Shown: in pieces, positions 1-11,769 of the stretch
How positions within the stretch are numbered: position 1 is the stretch's first letter
How the letters are laid out: the number at the start of each line of letters is the position of its first letter
NCBI RefSeq assembly: GCF_006345805.1
Contig: NC_043002.1
Span: 9,238,001-9,302,000 of the forward strand
Direction: 5' to 3'
Length of the DNA: 64,000 nucleotides
Source: Octopus sinensis
Lineage: Eukaryota
Made by a program: the position numbers and the translations under genes
The notes under the pieces: generated by a model
Databases searched by the model: none
Seen by the model: the letters and a program-made list of their open reading frames with translations, nothing else
What the model was told of the DNA's origin: nothing

Positions 1-139
1 TGAAATAGTTACAATGAGAATCAAACCTTTCATTCACCAGGAGCTCGCAGTTATTCTGCACTGCACTGCCTACCACCTCCAATATATAAGTGTAAATAAT
101 AAGTCAAATCCATCTCTCAGATTTTATTTTCTAGTAATA

Positions 140-703
140 TGAAATCAAAATCAAAACCAAAATCAATTCAATGACTGGCATCCGTGCTAGTGGAGTGCAA
201 AGAGCACCATACAAGTGTGATCGTTGACAGAGCAGCTAACCAGCTTCCGTGCCAGTGGCACATAAAAGGGCACCATTCGAGTATGGTTGTTACCAGCGTC
301 GCCTTAGTGGCACTTGTGCCCATGCTAGTAGGGTGCCAAGAGCACCATCCATGCGTGATCATTGCCAGAGCAGCCAACTGGCTTCCATACCTGTGGCACA
401 TAAAAGGGCACCATTCGAGCGTGATCGTTACCAACATTGCTTCACTGGCACGTGTAAAAAGGTTCAAGCGAGGTCGTTGCCAGTACCACCTGACTGGCCC
501 CCATACTGGTGGCACGTAAAAAGCATCCACTAGACTCTCGGAGTGGTTGGCATTAGGAAGGGCATCCAGCTGTAGAAACTCTGCCAGATCAAGATTGGAG
601 CCTAGTGCGGCCGTCTGGTTTGCCAGTCCTCAGTCAAAATCATCGAACCCATGCTAGCATGGAAGGCAGACGTTAAACGATGATGATGATGATGATGATG
701 ATG
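140..703 (+). mobile_element. RTE LINE 3'-UTR copy with tandem subrepeats and (GAT)n tail
   Basis: GGCACGTAAAAAGCACC units, GGAAGGGCATCCAGCTGTAGAAAC, then GTTAAAC(GAT)n. The same sequence follows the RTE ORF end at 3975-4555. Confidence 0.85.
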
Positions 704-1350
704 AAGTGTCTAGTTTGAGGGATATTTGACTTCCATTTCCAGCAGGTTGAGAACCATATAGAGTTTCCTCCATTAGCTCTTTTCATTTGCTTGTTTACTC
801 AAGTTATTAAAAGTAGTTTTCAGAGCTGTTGTGAAGATAAGTTGCATGGTCAAAATTTCAAATCTTACTACAGATAACTCTGTTTATTCTAGTTTTCCAA
901 ACATAGAACAGGTTCTGCCTCTAATTCATAGCCACATAGTTACTATTAGTAAAAACTATTCATCTCTAAAACAATTACTTTCATGAAATTCACTCCAGTC
1001 ATATAATCATGAGCAAATGGATGTAACAGCATGGACAACAAACGTTGACCCTTTAGCATTTAAACTGGCCATATCCAACCAAAAGTATTCTGCCTGTTTT
1101 ATGTTCAAACTGGCCAGATCTGGTCTCTCACACCAACCCTACAATGTTGTTTTAAAAATTAACAGCTACCTCATCAAAATCTCATAGCTACAAGATTAAT
1201 GCCCGATTAGTTCAAAACAATGTGGATAAAAAAGGATTAATTTTCGCAGAATAATGTGAACACCAAAGGATTAAATGATGATGATTATGATGAATAATGA
1301 TGAGTTTGGTTACTTTTTTTTTAATGTATGTTTTTTTTATATCATTCTAG

Positions 1351-1481
1351 GCAAATCAACCACAATACATTTGAAAGTCACATCCCGGATTACAATGCCT
1401 CCCGCAGTTGCTGATCATGATGTGCCTATTTTGGTCAAAGACTCTGGTTCAATTTCTGAATGGGATCTTACTACAAAACAG
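1351..1481 (+). CDS. NPRL2: NPRL2 internal coding exon (first in window)
   Basis: ttctag|GC AAA TCA...AAA CAG|gtgagg. Encodes KSTTIHLKVTSRITMPPAVADHDVPILVKDSGSISEWDLTTKQ, matching NPRL2 TIHLKV...PP...DVP...WDLTTQQ. 131 nt, phase 1 to phase 0. Confidence 0.96.
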
Positions 1482-1508
1482 GTGAGGTTGCGCCAGTAAT
1501 CTGTTTAA

Positions 1509-2139
1509 CCCTTTAGCGTTCAGATTATTTTTTCAGATAAACATCAATGGAATTTGTAGTTTGGTGGTACCAGTGCCGGTGGCACATAAGAAAACCATCC
1601 GAACGTGGCCGTAGCCAGTACCGCATCGACTAGCCTCCGTGCTGGTGGCACATAACAAACACCATCCGATAGTGGCCGTGCCAGCCTCACCTGGCCTCCG
1701 TGCCGGTGGCACGTAAAAAACACCATCCAAGCATGGCCGTTCGCCAGCCTCGTCTGGCACCTGTGTCCGTGGCACATAAAAAGCACCCACTACACTCACA
1801 GAGTGGTTGGTGTTAGGAAGGGCATCCAGCTGTAGAAACACTGCCAGATCTGACTGGCCTGGTGCAGCCTCCATGGCTTCCAGACCCCAGTTGAACCGTC
1901 CAACCCATGCTAGCATGGAAAGCGGACGTTAAACGATGATGATGATGATGAATATTCATTTATTTACACCATTTTCAATTAATCCTGCATTATTTTGTAG
2001 CTTTAAGGTTTCAATGATGTGAAAATATATTTTTGGAATGACACTGTAGGGTAGGTGTGAGAGGCCAGTTGTAGCCAGTTTGAATATAAAGCAGATATAA
2101 TATTTGGGGCCAGATATGGCCCGTCTAAATGCTAAAGGG
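1509..2139. mobile_element. piggyBac-type MITE with a nested RTE 3' copy (~1540-1950, +)
   Basis: TTAA|CCCTTTAGCGTT...AATGCTAAAGGG|TTAA. A related decayed copy lies at ~1048-1273. Confidence 0.75.
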
Positions 2140-2388
2140 TTAAGAATATAGAAGATTCTCAGATTTGTTCCTCTAAAATATTCCTTCTGAATGTTGGTGA
2201 AGATTATAGTGATGATGAATCTGATTTGCTGGGGTCACCAGAGTAAAGCGAGTCAGCCCTACTGAAACCCCTCTCTCTCCAAGCAGCATTAACGGTTACA
2301 GAGTGTTCCCAGTGCTTACAGTGCTTAGTTTTACATACTTATGGTATTTATTTGCATTTGGATAGACTGGGTCATTTCAGAGTTGTCT

Positions 2389-2755
2389 TCATCATCATCA
2401 TCATTGTTTAACATCCGTTTTCCATGGGTTGGCCGGTTCAACCGGGGTCTGGAGAGCCAGGAGGCTGCACCAGGCTGCAGTCTGATCTGGCAGTGCTTCT
2501 ACAGCTGGATGCCCTTCCTAACGCCAACCACTCCGAGAGTGTAGTGGGTACTTTTTACATACCACCAGCACGGGGGCCAGTCAGGCTGCACTGGCAACGA
2601 CCTCACTCAAATCTTTTTACACATGCCACCAGCACAGGTGCCAGTAAGGCGACGTTGGTAACGATCACGCTTGAATGGTGCCCTTTTACATGCCATGGGT
2701 ACAGAAGCCAGTTGGCTGCTCTGGCAATGATCATGCTCTGATGGTGCTCTTGGCA
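2389..2755 (-). mobile_element. RTE 3'-UTR copy
   Basis: (CAT)n followed by the reverse complement of the family tail. Confidence 0.85.
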
Positions 2756-2765
2756 CCCTAGGTAG

Positions 2766-3139
2766 TGTAGTGATCCTATACAATGGTGCGCGCGTGCACC
2801 GTCCTTTTCTGTTTCGCGCGTGTGGGGTTGATGCTTTCACCAAGGCAGAGGGAAGAGCCCTCTCGCGCATGCGCGAAGACCGGAGGAAAGGCTTTCTGCT
2901 GTCTGGTGACTGCTACGTGTCTCTGGACGCTGGTGGTCAACGTTTTACGCTCCCTTGCCTCTTTGTTAAGGCTCGCTTTCCCCTGCCATTCAACTAATGC
3001 CACGACATCAAACCCTTCCTCCGGTCTTCGCGCATGTGCGAGAGGGCTCTTCCCCTCTGCCTTGGTGAAAGCACCAACCCCGCACGCGCAAAACAGAAAA
3101 GGACGGTGCGCGCACGCACCGTTGTATAGGATCACTACA
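2766..3139. mobile_element. GC-rich foldback element with ~125-bp TIRs and TG...CA termini
   Basis: TGTAGTGATCCTATACAA...TTGTATAGGATCACTACA. A truncated inverted copy of the interior lies at ~3502-3698. Confidence 0.8.
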
Positions 3140-3974
3140 AAGCTCCCCCCCAGTGCCTAAGCACGAACAAAATTCCTTGTAGTGACTATAAAAACTCAAG
3201 GTGGACACCAGACAACCAAAATAGCACACAATATAACAAAATAGCAGAATTTACAGTATAAACAAAAAAAATATTCACCAAAAGGTAAAAAAAAGAAAAA
3301 ATACTCAAAATGAGCAAAGTTCAATGAGTATTGTAACTGTCACTGGGAAGTCAATTGAGAATGTTAAATATAAATCGTCTTGGAAAGTTTTTTCGGCCAG
3401 TGAACAGTTCAGCCTGACCTCGTAACATAATTTTGAGGTGTCCACATCTTTTAATGACCCCACTGCCACAACCATCGTTGAACCTTCACATGCACAAATG
3501 AGTTGGTGCTTTCACCAAGGCAGAGGGGAAGAGCCCTCTCGTGCATGCGAGAAGACCGGAGGAAGGGATTTGCTGTCGTGGCGTTAGTTGAATGGCAGGG
3601 AAAAGCGAGCCTTAACAAAGAGGCAAGGGAGCGTAAAACGTTGACCACCAGCGTCCAGAGACACGTAGCAGTCACCAGACAGCAGAAAGCCTTTCATAGA
3701 AGCAGACGCGTATTATCTTCGCTCTCTCCTGACGCCATTTTGACCAGTTCTGTTTGCAGTTGAACATTGTAAAATCTACAGCGTTAAAGTTCAGCCTTGC
3801 ACGCCCAGAACCAAGGGATACCAGATACACCACTTATTTCGTGTTGGATAAGACAATAAAGAGTATATATATTTTTTACGTTTGCGTCTTGTTGTTTCTG
3901 ACTGGTAGAGTCTGGAAAGTAAAGCAACGGAAATCGTGATTGCACCAGTTCCACCCAAAAAGTGCAAGCAGCAA

Positions 3975-4555
3975 CTCATTACCGTTACAGTAGTAATATG
4001 ATGCTCTTGGCACCATGCTAGCACAGGCACAAGTGCCAGTAAGGCGACGCTGGTAATGATCACACTCAAATGGTGCTTTTTATGTGCCACCAGCACGGAA
4101 GCCAGTTAGCCACTCTGTCAACGATCACCCTTGTATGGTGCTCTTTGCACCCCGCTAGCACGGATGCTAGTCATCAAATTGATTTTGATTTTGATTTCAC
4201 CTACCTCAACAGGTATTTGCAAGCAGAGTTTAGTGACCAAAGAAGGAAAAGGTACGCATAAGCGGGCTGGTTACGCTCCTGGCATAGGCCACAGGTTATG
4301 GTTTCATTTGGCTTGCCGGGTCTTCTCAAGCACAGCATATTTCCAAAAGTCTTGGTCACTAGTCATTTCCTTGGTGAGGCCTAATGTTCGAAGGTCATGC
4401 TTCACCACTTCATCCCAGGTCTTCCTGGGTCTACCTCTTCCACAGGTTCCCTCAACCGCTAAGGTGTGGCACTTTTTCACACAGCTATCCTCATCCATTC
4501 TCACCACATGACCATACCAGCGCAGTTGTCTCTCTTGCACACCACATCTAACTGT
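3975..4555 (-). mobile_element. RTE LINE fragment: ORF C-terminus plus 3' UTR
   Basis: QLRWYGHVVRMDEDSCVKKC...[17 protein letters not shown]...W is the typical RTE C-terminus and runs directly into the subrepeat UTR. Confidence 0.9.
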
Positions 4556-4743
4556 ATAGAAGTAGATGTCATCTGAATGGTGAAAGCAGATGGCATTTTT
4601 ATTTTTTAAGATAAAAACCAACCCCTGTATACTCTCTCAGTGCAAACTGGAGTTTAATTTTATGTTCTAGAGTAAGAATTGTTTTAAATCAGTGAATAAT
4701 TTCCAGTTATTTTTCTCATTTGTTCTAATAATTTCTTTCTTAG

Positions 4744-4841
4744 ATTCTTCCGTATCTTGATGGTTTCAACCATGTGGCATTCATTGCTACTGAAGCAGAT
4801 GTTGAAATTAACTTAGTAAAAGCTTGTCTCCAGAATTTACA
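4744..4841 (+). CDS. NPRL2: NPRL2 coding exon
   Basis: ttcttag|ATT CTT CCG...TTA CA|gtaagt. [32 protein letters not shown]. 98 nt. Confidence 0.97.
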
Positions 4842-5310
4842 GTAAGTAACTTTCTTTTTTTTTTTCATTTTACAATTTTTACATATAATTTTTTAAAGCT
4901 TCTTTAGATGGCATGAGAAAATGTCCAAATTCCTATGTTTACATATTTTGGGGGAAAATTTTAGAATTTGACTTCATTTTAATACTGACCAGCCATAAAG
5001 TAAGAAAGAAATTGTTGTTGTTTAGCCTAGATGAGCCCTAGTTGAGCAAAATTACCATTTCATCAGTTTTAGTGGTATGTAGGTCCACATTGTCTCTGTT
5101 ATTTCCTTATTATAGACAGTAGGGGGAATCTGAGGGAGATTAGGCTGCATTTTCTAGCAGGTTGAATCATCACATAGGTGCTCCCTTGTTGGTTTGTGAA
5201 GTAGGTTGATGTTGTTTATCTCCAGGTTATCCGTGATGGAGATCTCCGATCAAAAGCATTCCAGCTGTACCATCCCATCTTTTTCTTTATCTGTAGACCT
5301 AGATTATCCA

Positions 5311-5590
5311 ACATCATCATCATCATCATTTAACATCCGCTTTTCATGCAAGCATGGGTTGGACGGTTCAATCGGGGATCTGGGAAGCCAGAAGGCTGCA
5401 CCAGGCCCAGTCTGATCTGGCAGTTTTCTACGGCTGGATGCCCTTCTTAACGCCAACCACTCCGTGAGTGTAGTGGGTTCTTTTTACATGCCACCGGCAC
5501 AGGTGCCAGACGAGGCTGGCAACGGCCACAATTGGATGGTGCTTTTTATGTGCCACTGGCACAGAGGCCAGATGGGGCTGGCAACTGCCA
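5311..5590 (-). mobile_element. RTE 3'-UTR copy
   Basis: Family tail in reverse orientation. Confidence 0.85.
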
Positions 5591-6019
5591 GAACAGTAAG
5601 ATGTTACTTGAGGGAGATTTAAATGCTATTTCTAACAGATTGAGTAACCAGTTAGAGGCTCCCTTATTGGTTAGTTGAAATGTAGGTGTAGGCTGTTGGT
5701 GCACTAATTTTTAAGTAATAATTATTAATGACATCAATTTTTCTCTGATACCTACATTTTAATTTTTTTTTTTTGTTGCTGTAATTTGATGACTTTTCCA
5801 CTTACTAATAATACAGTTGATAATTACATAATTATCATTACAGTTTTGGTTGGTCGTTATTTCTATTCAGAAAATAAATTATATTTAAAAGAAATCATTA
5901 TTTAAACCATAATGAATTCAGTTACAATAATTATTATTATTGAGCTCATTATTGTTTAAACCATGGCACTGTGTTAGAAATCATCATCATTATTTGTTAT
6001 ATTTCTTTCTTTTAAACAG

Positions 6020-6056
6020 ACATTATGGAGTCATAAAATTAATTTCCATATTCCAG
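6020..6056 (+). CDS. NPRL2: NPRL2 37-nt coding exon
   Basis: tttaaacag|A CAT TAT GGA...TTC CAG|gtaaaa. (Q)HYGVIKLISIFQ corresponds to NPRL2 YYGVVTLVSILQ. Phases join both neighbouring exons. Confidence 0.95.
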
Positions 6057-6115
6057 GTAAAATTTCTTTATTTTTTACATTTATCTTACATTATTTGGTT
6101 TATTTGCTGTGATTT

Positions 6116-6450
6116 CATCATCATCATCATCATCATCGTTTAACGTCCGCTTTCCATGCTGGCATGGGTTGGACAGTTCGACCGGGTTCTGGGAAGCCAG
6201 GAGGCTGCACCAGGCCCAGTCTGATCTGGCAGTGTTTCTACAGCTGGATGCCCTTCCTAAGGCCAACCACTCCGTGAGTGTAGTGGGTGCTTTTTATGTG
6301 CCAGGCGAGGCTGCCGGCGGCCACGATCGGTTGGTGCTTTTTACGTGCCACCGACACGGAAGCCAGTCGAGGCGGCGCTGGCAATGGCCACGTTCAGATG
6401 GTTCTTTTACGTGCCACCGGCACTGGTATCACAACTGCAATTTCCATTGG
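6116..6450 (-). mobile_element. RTE 3'-UTR copy
   Basis: (CAT)n plus family tail, 60 nt after the 37-nt exon. Confidence 0.85.
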
Positions 6451-6839
6451 ACAGTAAATTGATAGCACCATATTAAATACCTTACTATATACTTATATGC
6501 ATCTTTCTACATTCTGAGTTCACTTTCTGTTAACATCAACTTTATCTTCATCTCCCCAGAGTTGCTAAATTAAGTACAAGGAATATACCAGGACTTAGTT
6601 AAATTCTTTTAAATTATAAGCCCTCTTTTGCAAAAATTGGCCTTGCACTTTGTCAAAAATAATGTTCAGACAACTACAATGTAGACCCTGTTGGTTAGAG
6701 ATAAGCTTTGTGTGAGTCGGGTCTGTCACCTGAACTCTTGATGCTGAATTATAGCTGTTTTACTTCATTTATATCATTAATCTATTCGTGCTGAAATTTT
6801 TCTAGTGAATGAATTTGCGTGAAAATTCACTATTATTTT

Positions 6840-7222
6840 GATGTAAAAGGGCACCATTCAAGTGTGATCGTTACCAGCATTGCCTTACTGGCTCTTGTGC
6901 CCATGCTAGTAGGGTGCCAAGAGCACAATCCGAGCATGATCGTTGCCAGAGCAGCCAACTGGCTTCCATGCCGGTGGCACGTAAAAGGGCACCATTCGAG
7001 CGTGATCGTTACCAACGTTGCCTTACTGGCCCCTGTTCCGGTGGCACGTAAAAAGCACCCACTACACTCTCGGAGTAGTTGGCATTAGGAAGGGCATCCA
7101 GCTGTAGAAACTCTGCCAGATCAAGATTGGAGTCTGGTTCACCAGACCTCAGTCAAATCGTCCAACCCATGCTAGCATGGAAAGCGGACATTAAATGATG
7201 ATGATGATGATGATGATGATGA
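6840..7222 (+). mobile_element. RTE 3'-UTR copy
   Basis: Subrepeats plus (GAT)n tail. Confidence 0.85.
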
Positions 7223-7654
7223 TACTCCTTGAAACATTTGGGATGAACACCTACATAACATTTTTCACATATGAAATGACTTTTCCCAGAGCACTCTTTG
7301 CATCTCCTTTCATTTGGAATATATTCAATCCAATGCCATCATATCTTGCATTGTCTTTCAAATGAGCAGCTTTGGAGTGCCATACCTTTTCAATAGGGTT
7401 AGAGAAATGTTTTCAATGAAATTGTATAATGTAATTTTGTGCCCTGCTCTATTCATCATGATGCATGCATTTTAGGTTGCCACAAAATATGAAAAAATAG
7501 GCCACCGTTTATTTTGCCACATTCGAATCCTATAGGAACCAATGTTATGATCCAGAAGGTCAACAAATCTCATATATTTGTTGTCTAATTTTGCATGTTT
7601 TCAGGCTGTGGAATTGGAACATATTTCTTTTGAGACCAATCATAGTGCTCAACT

Positions 7655-7890
7655 TACTTGTACTTGTGGCGACATTCACCCTGGGCGGGTGAGTCGGCTT
7701 CTTCTACCATGGAAGAAGTTTCGTGGGAATATGTGGATTTCACAAGCGGTCCCCAACAATCCCGCATGTAGAGACATCCTGTTTGCCGCAGATTGTCCGC
7801 TGATGCAGGGACAGAACAACCAAGGAGCCACCGGTTACCGAAACAGACACTCCGAGGATTTTCACCTGAGCTCCGTCTGCCAGGTTGTGG
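7655..7890 (-). mobile_element. 3' end of a second LINE family (also at 33895-34170)
   Basis: Aligns by eye with 33895-34170. (AAGT)-type tail. Confidence 0.65.
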
Positions 7891-8565
7891 CCCTAATGTC
7901 TCAAAAGTTTGATAGCAGAACAACATCGTTATTATCTTTCCATTTCACGGCGACTGTCTTTGAAGTGGACTTGAAGTCAGCGGTTCCTCTGGGTGGGGGG
8001 CATGCTTTCATTTCAGTTTTCGTTTTGAAAGGACATCTAGCTGTCTTATTTCCTCTGCAGGTTCCTGGTGCACAGATTCCTTTCTCAAAAAGTTTCTCCA
8101 TCAATTGAATACTTGTGAAATAGTTTATCAAAAAATATTTTGAAACCTTTATTGTCTGCTACTCCTACAGCATGAATAAGATCAAGGACAACATTCCGAC
8201 CTAGGCCAAATGCATTTGCGGTTTTTTGGGGACCGTCTTTCTTGCCAGTGTAGAGGTCAAGAGCATGCACATATCCATACTGAGAACAAAGGGTCCAAAC
8301 TTTGAAACCAAACCGAATTAGTTTCCCTTTTATAAATCATTTGGCATAGTGCTTGCCTTAACATGGAATCATATTTTCGTCAACAGAGAGATGTTCTCCC
8401 AAGCCACCATGTTCCTTGAATTTGTTTTGTAAGTGGTCAAGTAGAGGTCTGTGTTTGAATACATGATCGTCTCCTGAAGCATTGGCTTTATCCACTAAAT
8501 GGATATTTCTCAATATATTCTCAAATCTGTCTCACCTCATGTTATTTAAAAAAATTTTGGAACAG
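7890..8565 (-). mobile_element. Decayed piggyBac (PGBD-like) transposase fragment
   Basis: SVDENMIP..GKH.AK.FIKGK.IRFGFKVW, D.YTGK, IFFD, RG..D......VKWKDNNDV.LLSN across frameshifts. Confidence 0.88.
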
Positions 8566-8574
8566 TCTTCAGAT

Positions 8575-8966
8575 AGGCGCAGGAGTGGCTGTGTGGTAAG
8601 TAGCTTGCTTACCAACCACATGGTTCCGGGTTCAGTCCCACTGCGTGGCACCTTGGGCAGGTGTCTTCTACCATAGCCTCAGGCCAACCAAAGCTTTGTG
8701 AGTGGATTTGGTAGACGGAAACTGAAAGAAGCCCGTTGTATATATGGATATGTATATATATATGTATGTGTGTGTCTGTGTTTGTCGCCCCAACATCGCT
8801 TGCCAACCAATGCTGGCATGTTTATGTTCCCGTAACTTAGTGGTTTGGCAAAAGAGATCGATAGAATAAGTACTAGACTTACAAAGAATAAGTCCTGCGG
8901 TCGATTTGCTCGACTAAATGCGGTGCTCCAGCATGGCCACAGTCAAATGACTGAAACAAGTAAAAC
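8575..8966 (+). mobile_element. tRNA-derived SINE, family A (internal microsatellite)
   Basis: GGAGTGGCTGTGTGGTAAG A-box-like and GGGTTCAGTCCC B-box-like head, GCGGTGCTCCAGCATGGCC...GAAACAAGTAAAA tail. Other copies at ~11236-11700 (-), 47215-47370 (-), 47715-47970 (-), 51990-52716 (-), 54207-54452 (-), 55040-55630 (+). Confidence 0.8.
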
Positions 8967-9423
8967 AGTATATCTTGTTGACAAGAAACTTGTGCCCCAG
9001 TTTCCAAAAGCCCTCTTTTCAGTTGAACCTAGGAACCTACAGCTTCATCATCTGAAGCATCACTATCGCTGTTGGAGAGTTCTATATTGTGAGGGAGACC
9101 CACGTGAACATCTCCTCCATTGCTCAGCTCTTCCAATAATGCTAAGGCTTCTGAAAGAAAAAATTACAATGATGTAGAGATGTGTGGATGCAAAATTTAT
9201 CGTAAATAAAAACCAGAGACTATTTCATAAATATTATATTGGCTATTTATAATGCGAAGCTATATCAACAGGCATAAAGTATTAGGTGTGTTTTATGTCT
9301 AAGTTTCCAATTCAGTGATTAGCTCCTTGTAAACCTATAAATAATTTATAACAAAAAAAAAGTAAGTGGGCATGAAATTCTTGATAATATAGCAATAGAT
9401 TCACAAAATATGTGAATATATTT

Positions 9424-9652
9424 GGCGGCGAGCTGGCAGAAATGTTAGCACGCCGGGCGAAATGCGTAGCCGTATTTCGTCTGTCGTTACGTTCTGAGTT
9501 CAAATTCCACCGAGGTCGACTTTGCCTTTCATCCTTTCAGGGTTGATAAATTAAGTACCAGTTACGCACTGGGGGGTGATGTAATTGACTTAATCCGTTT
9601 GTCTGTCCTTGTTTTTCCCCTCTATGTTTAGCCCCTTGTGGGTAATAAAGAA
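9424..9652 (+). mobile_element. CORE-type tRNA SINE
   Basis: GGCGGCGAGCTGGCAGAA head and GAGGTCGACTTTGCCTTTCATCCTTTC...AAGTACCAG CORE-like block. Other copies at 23468-23700 (+), 28512-28740 (-), 36786-37018 (+), 43404-43635 (+). Confidence 0.85.
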
Positions 9653-9887
9653 GCAAATAGATTCACAAAATATTCTGAATTTCCTGTTACCTATACATAG
9701 ATCTGATACACTCTCCATCAAATCAGTGTTGTCTGAACAGGTGCACTGTGTACCACACAGTGCACCTGTTCAGGTGTTAAAGTGATTGCATTGCAGGGCA
9801 ACATGGGATGAAGTGTTTTTGCTCAAGAACATATTGCACTACACGGTCTACGAATTGAAATCACTATCTAGCAGTCATGAATGCATA

Positions 9888-11160
9888 CAGGGGTTGGACA
9901 AAATAATGGAAACACCAAGCATCATAGCATCATAATTTTAAAATATCTATAAAACCGTCAAAAGATTGTTTATTTTTATGTTTTTTTTATTTATTATTAG
10001 TATTGTTTAATATGTTTTGCTAAAATGGCTGTTTCTTTTCAGATATCAGAAAAAGGTAATTAAAATTCATTAAAATGACAGATCTATCGGACTTTCAAAG
10101 AAGTCAAATTGTTGGTGCTCGTATGGCAGTCACTGGCATAATGAAAACAGCCGAAATGTTTGGTGTATCAAGAAGTACTGTCTCGAAAGTAATGACAGCC
10201 TTTGAGAAAGAAGGAAAAACCTCCTCGTCGAAACAAAACTTCAGAAGAAAACCAAAACTTTCAGATAGGGACCATCGGACTCTTATGCGAATTGTTAGAA
10301 AGGATCACAAAAGTACAGCTCCCAAATTTACTGCAGAGGTTAATGACCACCTCGAGAACCCAGTTTCCACAAAAACTGTTTGCCAGGAGCTGCACAAAGC
10401 TGGATTTCACAGGAGGGCTGCAATCAGAAAACCACTACTTTCAAAAACAAATGTTGCAAAGTGTTTAGAGTGGAGTAAAAACCTACAGAATTGGTCCCTA
10501 GAGAAGTGGCAGAATGTTATTTTCTTGGACAAGTCATCCTTTACCCTATTTCCGACCACCGGCCGAGTATACGTGTGGAGACAGCCAAAAGAAGCATTTG
10601 ACTCAGACTGCCTTCTTCCCACTGTTAAACATGGAGGAGCATCTGTGATGATCTGGCGGGGCTATATCTTGGAAATCCACCGGCCCAATGGTTTCCCTTA
10701 ATGGCAGAATTAATAGTAAAGACTATTTAAGCATTTTATCTGATCAAATTCATTCTATGGTTGCAGAATGTTTCCGGAGAGAAACGCAATCTTTCAGGAT
10801 GATAATGCACCAACTCGCACAGCTAAAGTTGTTACTGAATAGCACAAGGAACATTCTAGTGAAGTTGAACGTCTTATCTAACCACCACAATCCCCAGATC
10901 TCAATATTATTGAACATTTGTGGTGCATTTTAGAAAAGCAAGTAAGGATTTGATATCCTCCACCATCATCACTACAAGAACTTGAGACTGTTTTAGCTGA
11001 AGAAAGGACAAAAATTCCTTTGGAAACAATTCAAACTTTGTATGAGTCCATACCTCGTAGAATTCAAGCTGTAATTACTGACAAAGGTGGTCCTACTCCA
11101 TATTAAAATATATTTGTTTGAAATTTTAAGGTGTTTCCATTATTTTGTCCAACCCCTCTG
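9888..11160 (+). mobile_element. Near full-length Tc1 transposon with disrupted DD34E transposase
   Basis: TA|CAGGGGTTGGACAAAATAATGGAAACACC...GGTGTTTCCATTATTTTGTCCAACCCCT TIRs. ORF from 10075 has an HTH region, W..VIF.D.S.F, TVKHGG.SVMIW, FQDDNAP and SPDLNIIEHLW, with frameshifts and stops. Confidence 0.95.
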
Positions 11161-11168
11161 TGTGTGTG

Positions 11169-11223
<55 letters not shown>

Positions 11224-11502
11224 TATACATACATATATACAAAATATTATTTTACTTGTTTTGGTCATTTGACTGCAGCCTTGCTGGAGCACTACCTTGA
11301 AGGGCTTTGGTCAAGCAAATCAACCCCAAGACTTATTTTTTTTAAAGCATACTACTTATTCTATTGGTGTTTTGGGGATGTAAACACACCAACACTGGTT
11401 GTCAAAATGCGATGGGGGGACAAGCACACACACAAAGGCAGGCATACACACACACACACACACACACATACATACATACATACATACTACATACATACAT
11501 AC

Positions 11503-11570
<68 letters not shown>
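11160..11570. repeat. (TG)/(TA)/(CA)/(TACA)n microsatellites
   Basis: Directly visible. Other long (TA)n tracts at ~40581-40656, 46867-46940 and 47186-47239. Confidence 0.95.
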
Positions 11571-11572
<2 letters not shown>

Positions 11573-11769
11573 ACAGGCTTCTTTCAGTTTCCATCTTCCA
11601 AATCCACCTATGAGGCTTTGATCATAGTAGATGATACTTGCCCAAAGTACCATGCAGTGGGACTGAACCTGGAACCATGTGATAGGGAACCAAACTTCTA
11701 CTGATAGTAATGAGGAAGTGTTTTCACAACTCAGATGAAATCAAATACTTTTTGTTAAATGCATTGACT

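Noticed and set aside
168-533. Recurring 60-130 aa ORFs such as LAVFLQLDALPNANHSVSVVG
   Set aside because: Reading frames through the non-coding RTE 3' UTR repeat, found on both strands throughout the window.
11131-11704. ORFs rich in YI/TH/CV repeats (also 32879-33160, 38025-38566, 40469-40752, 45593-46167)
   Set aside because: Translations of microsatellites.
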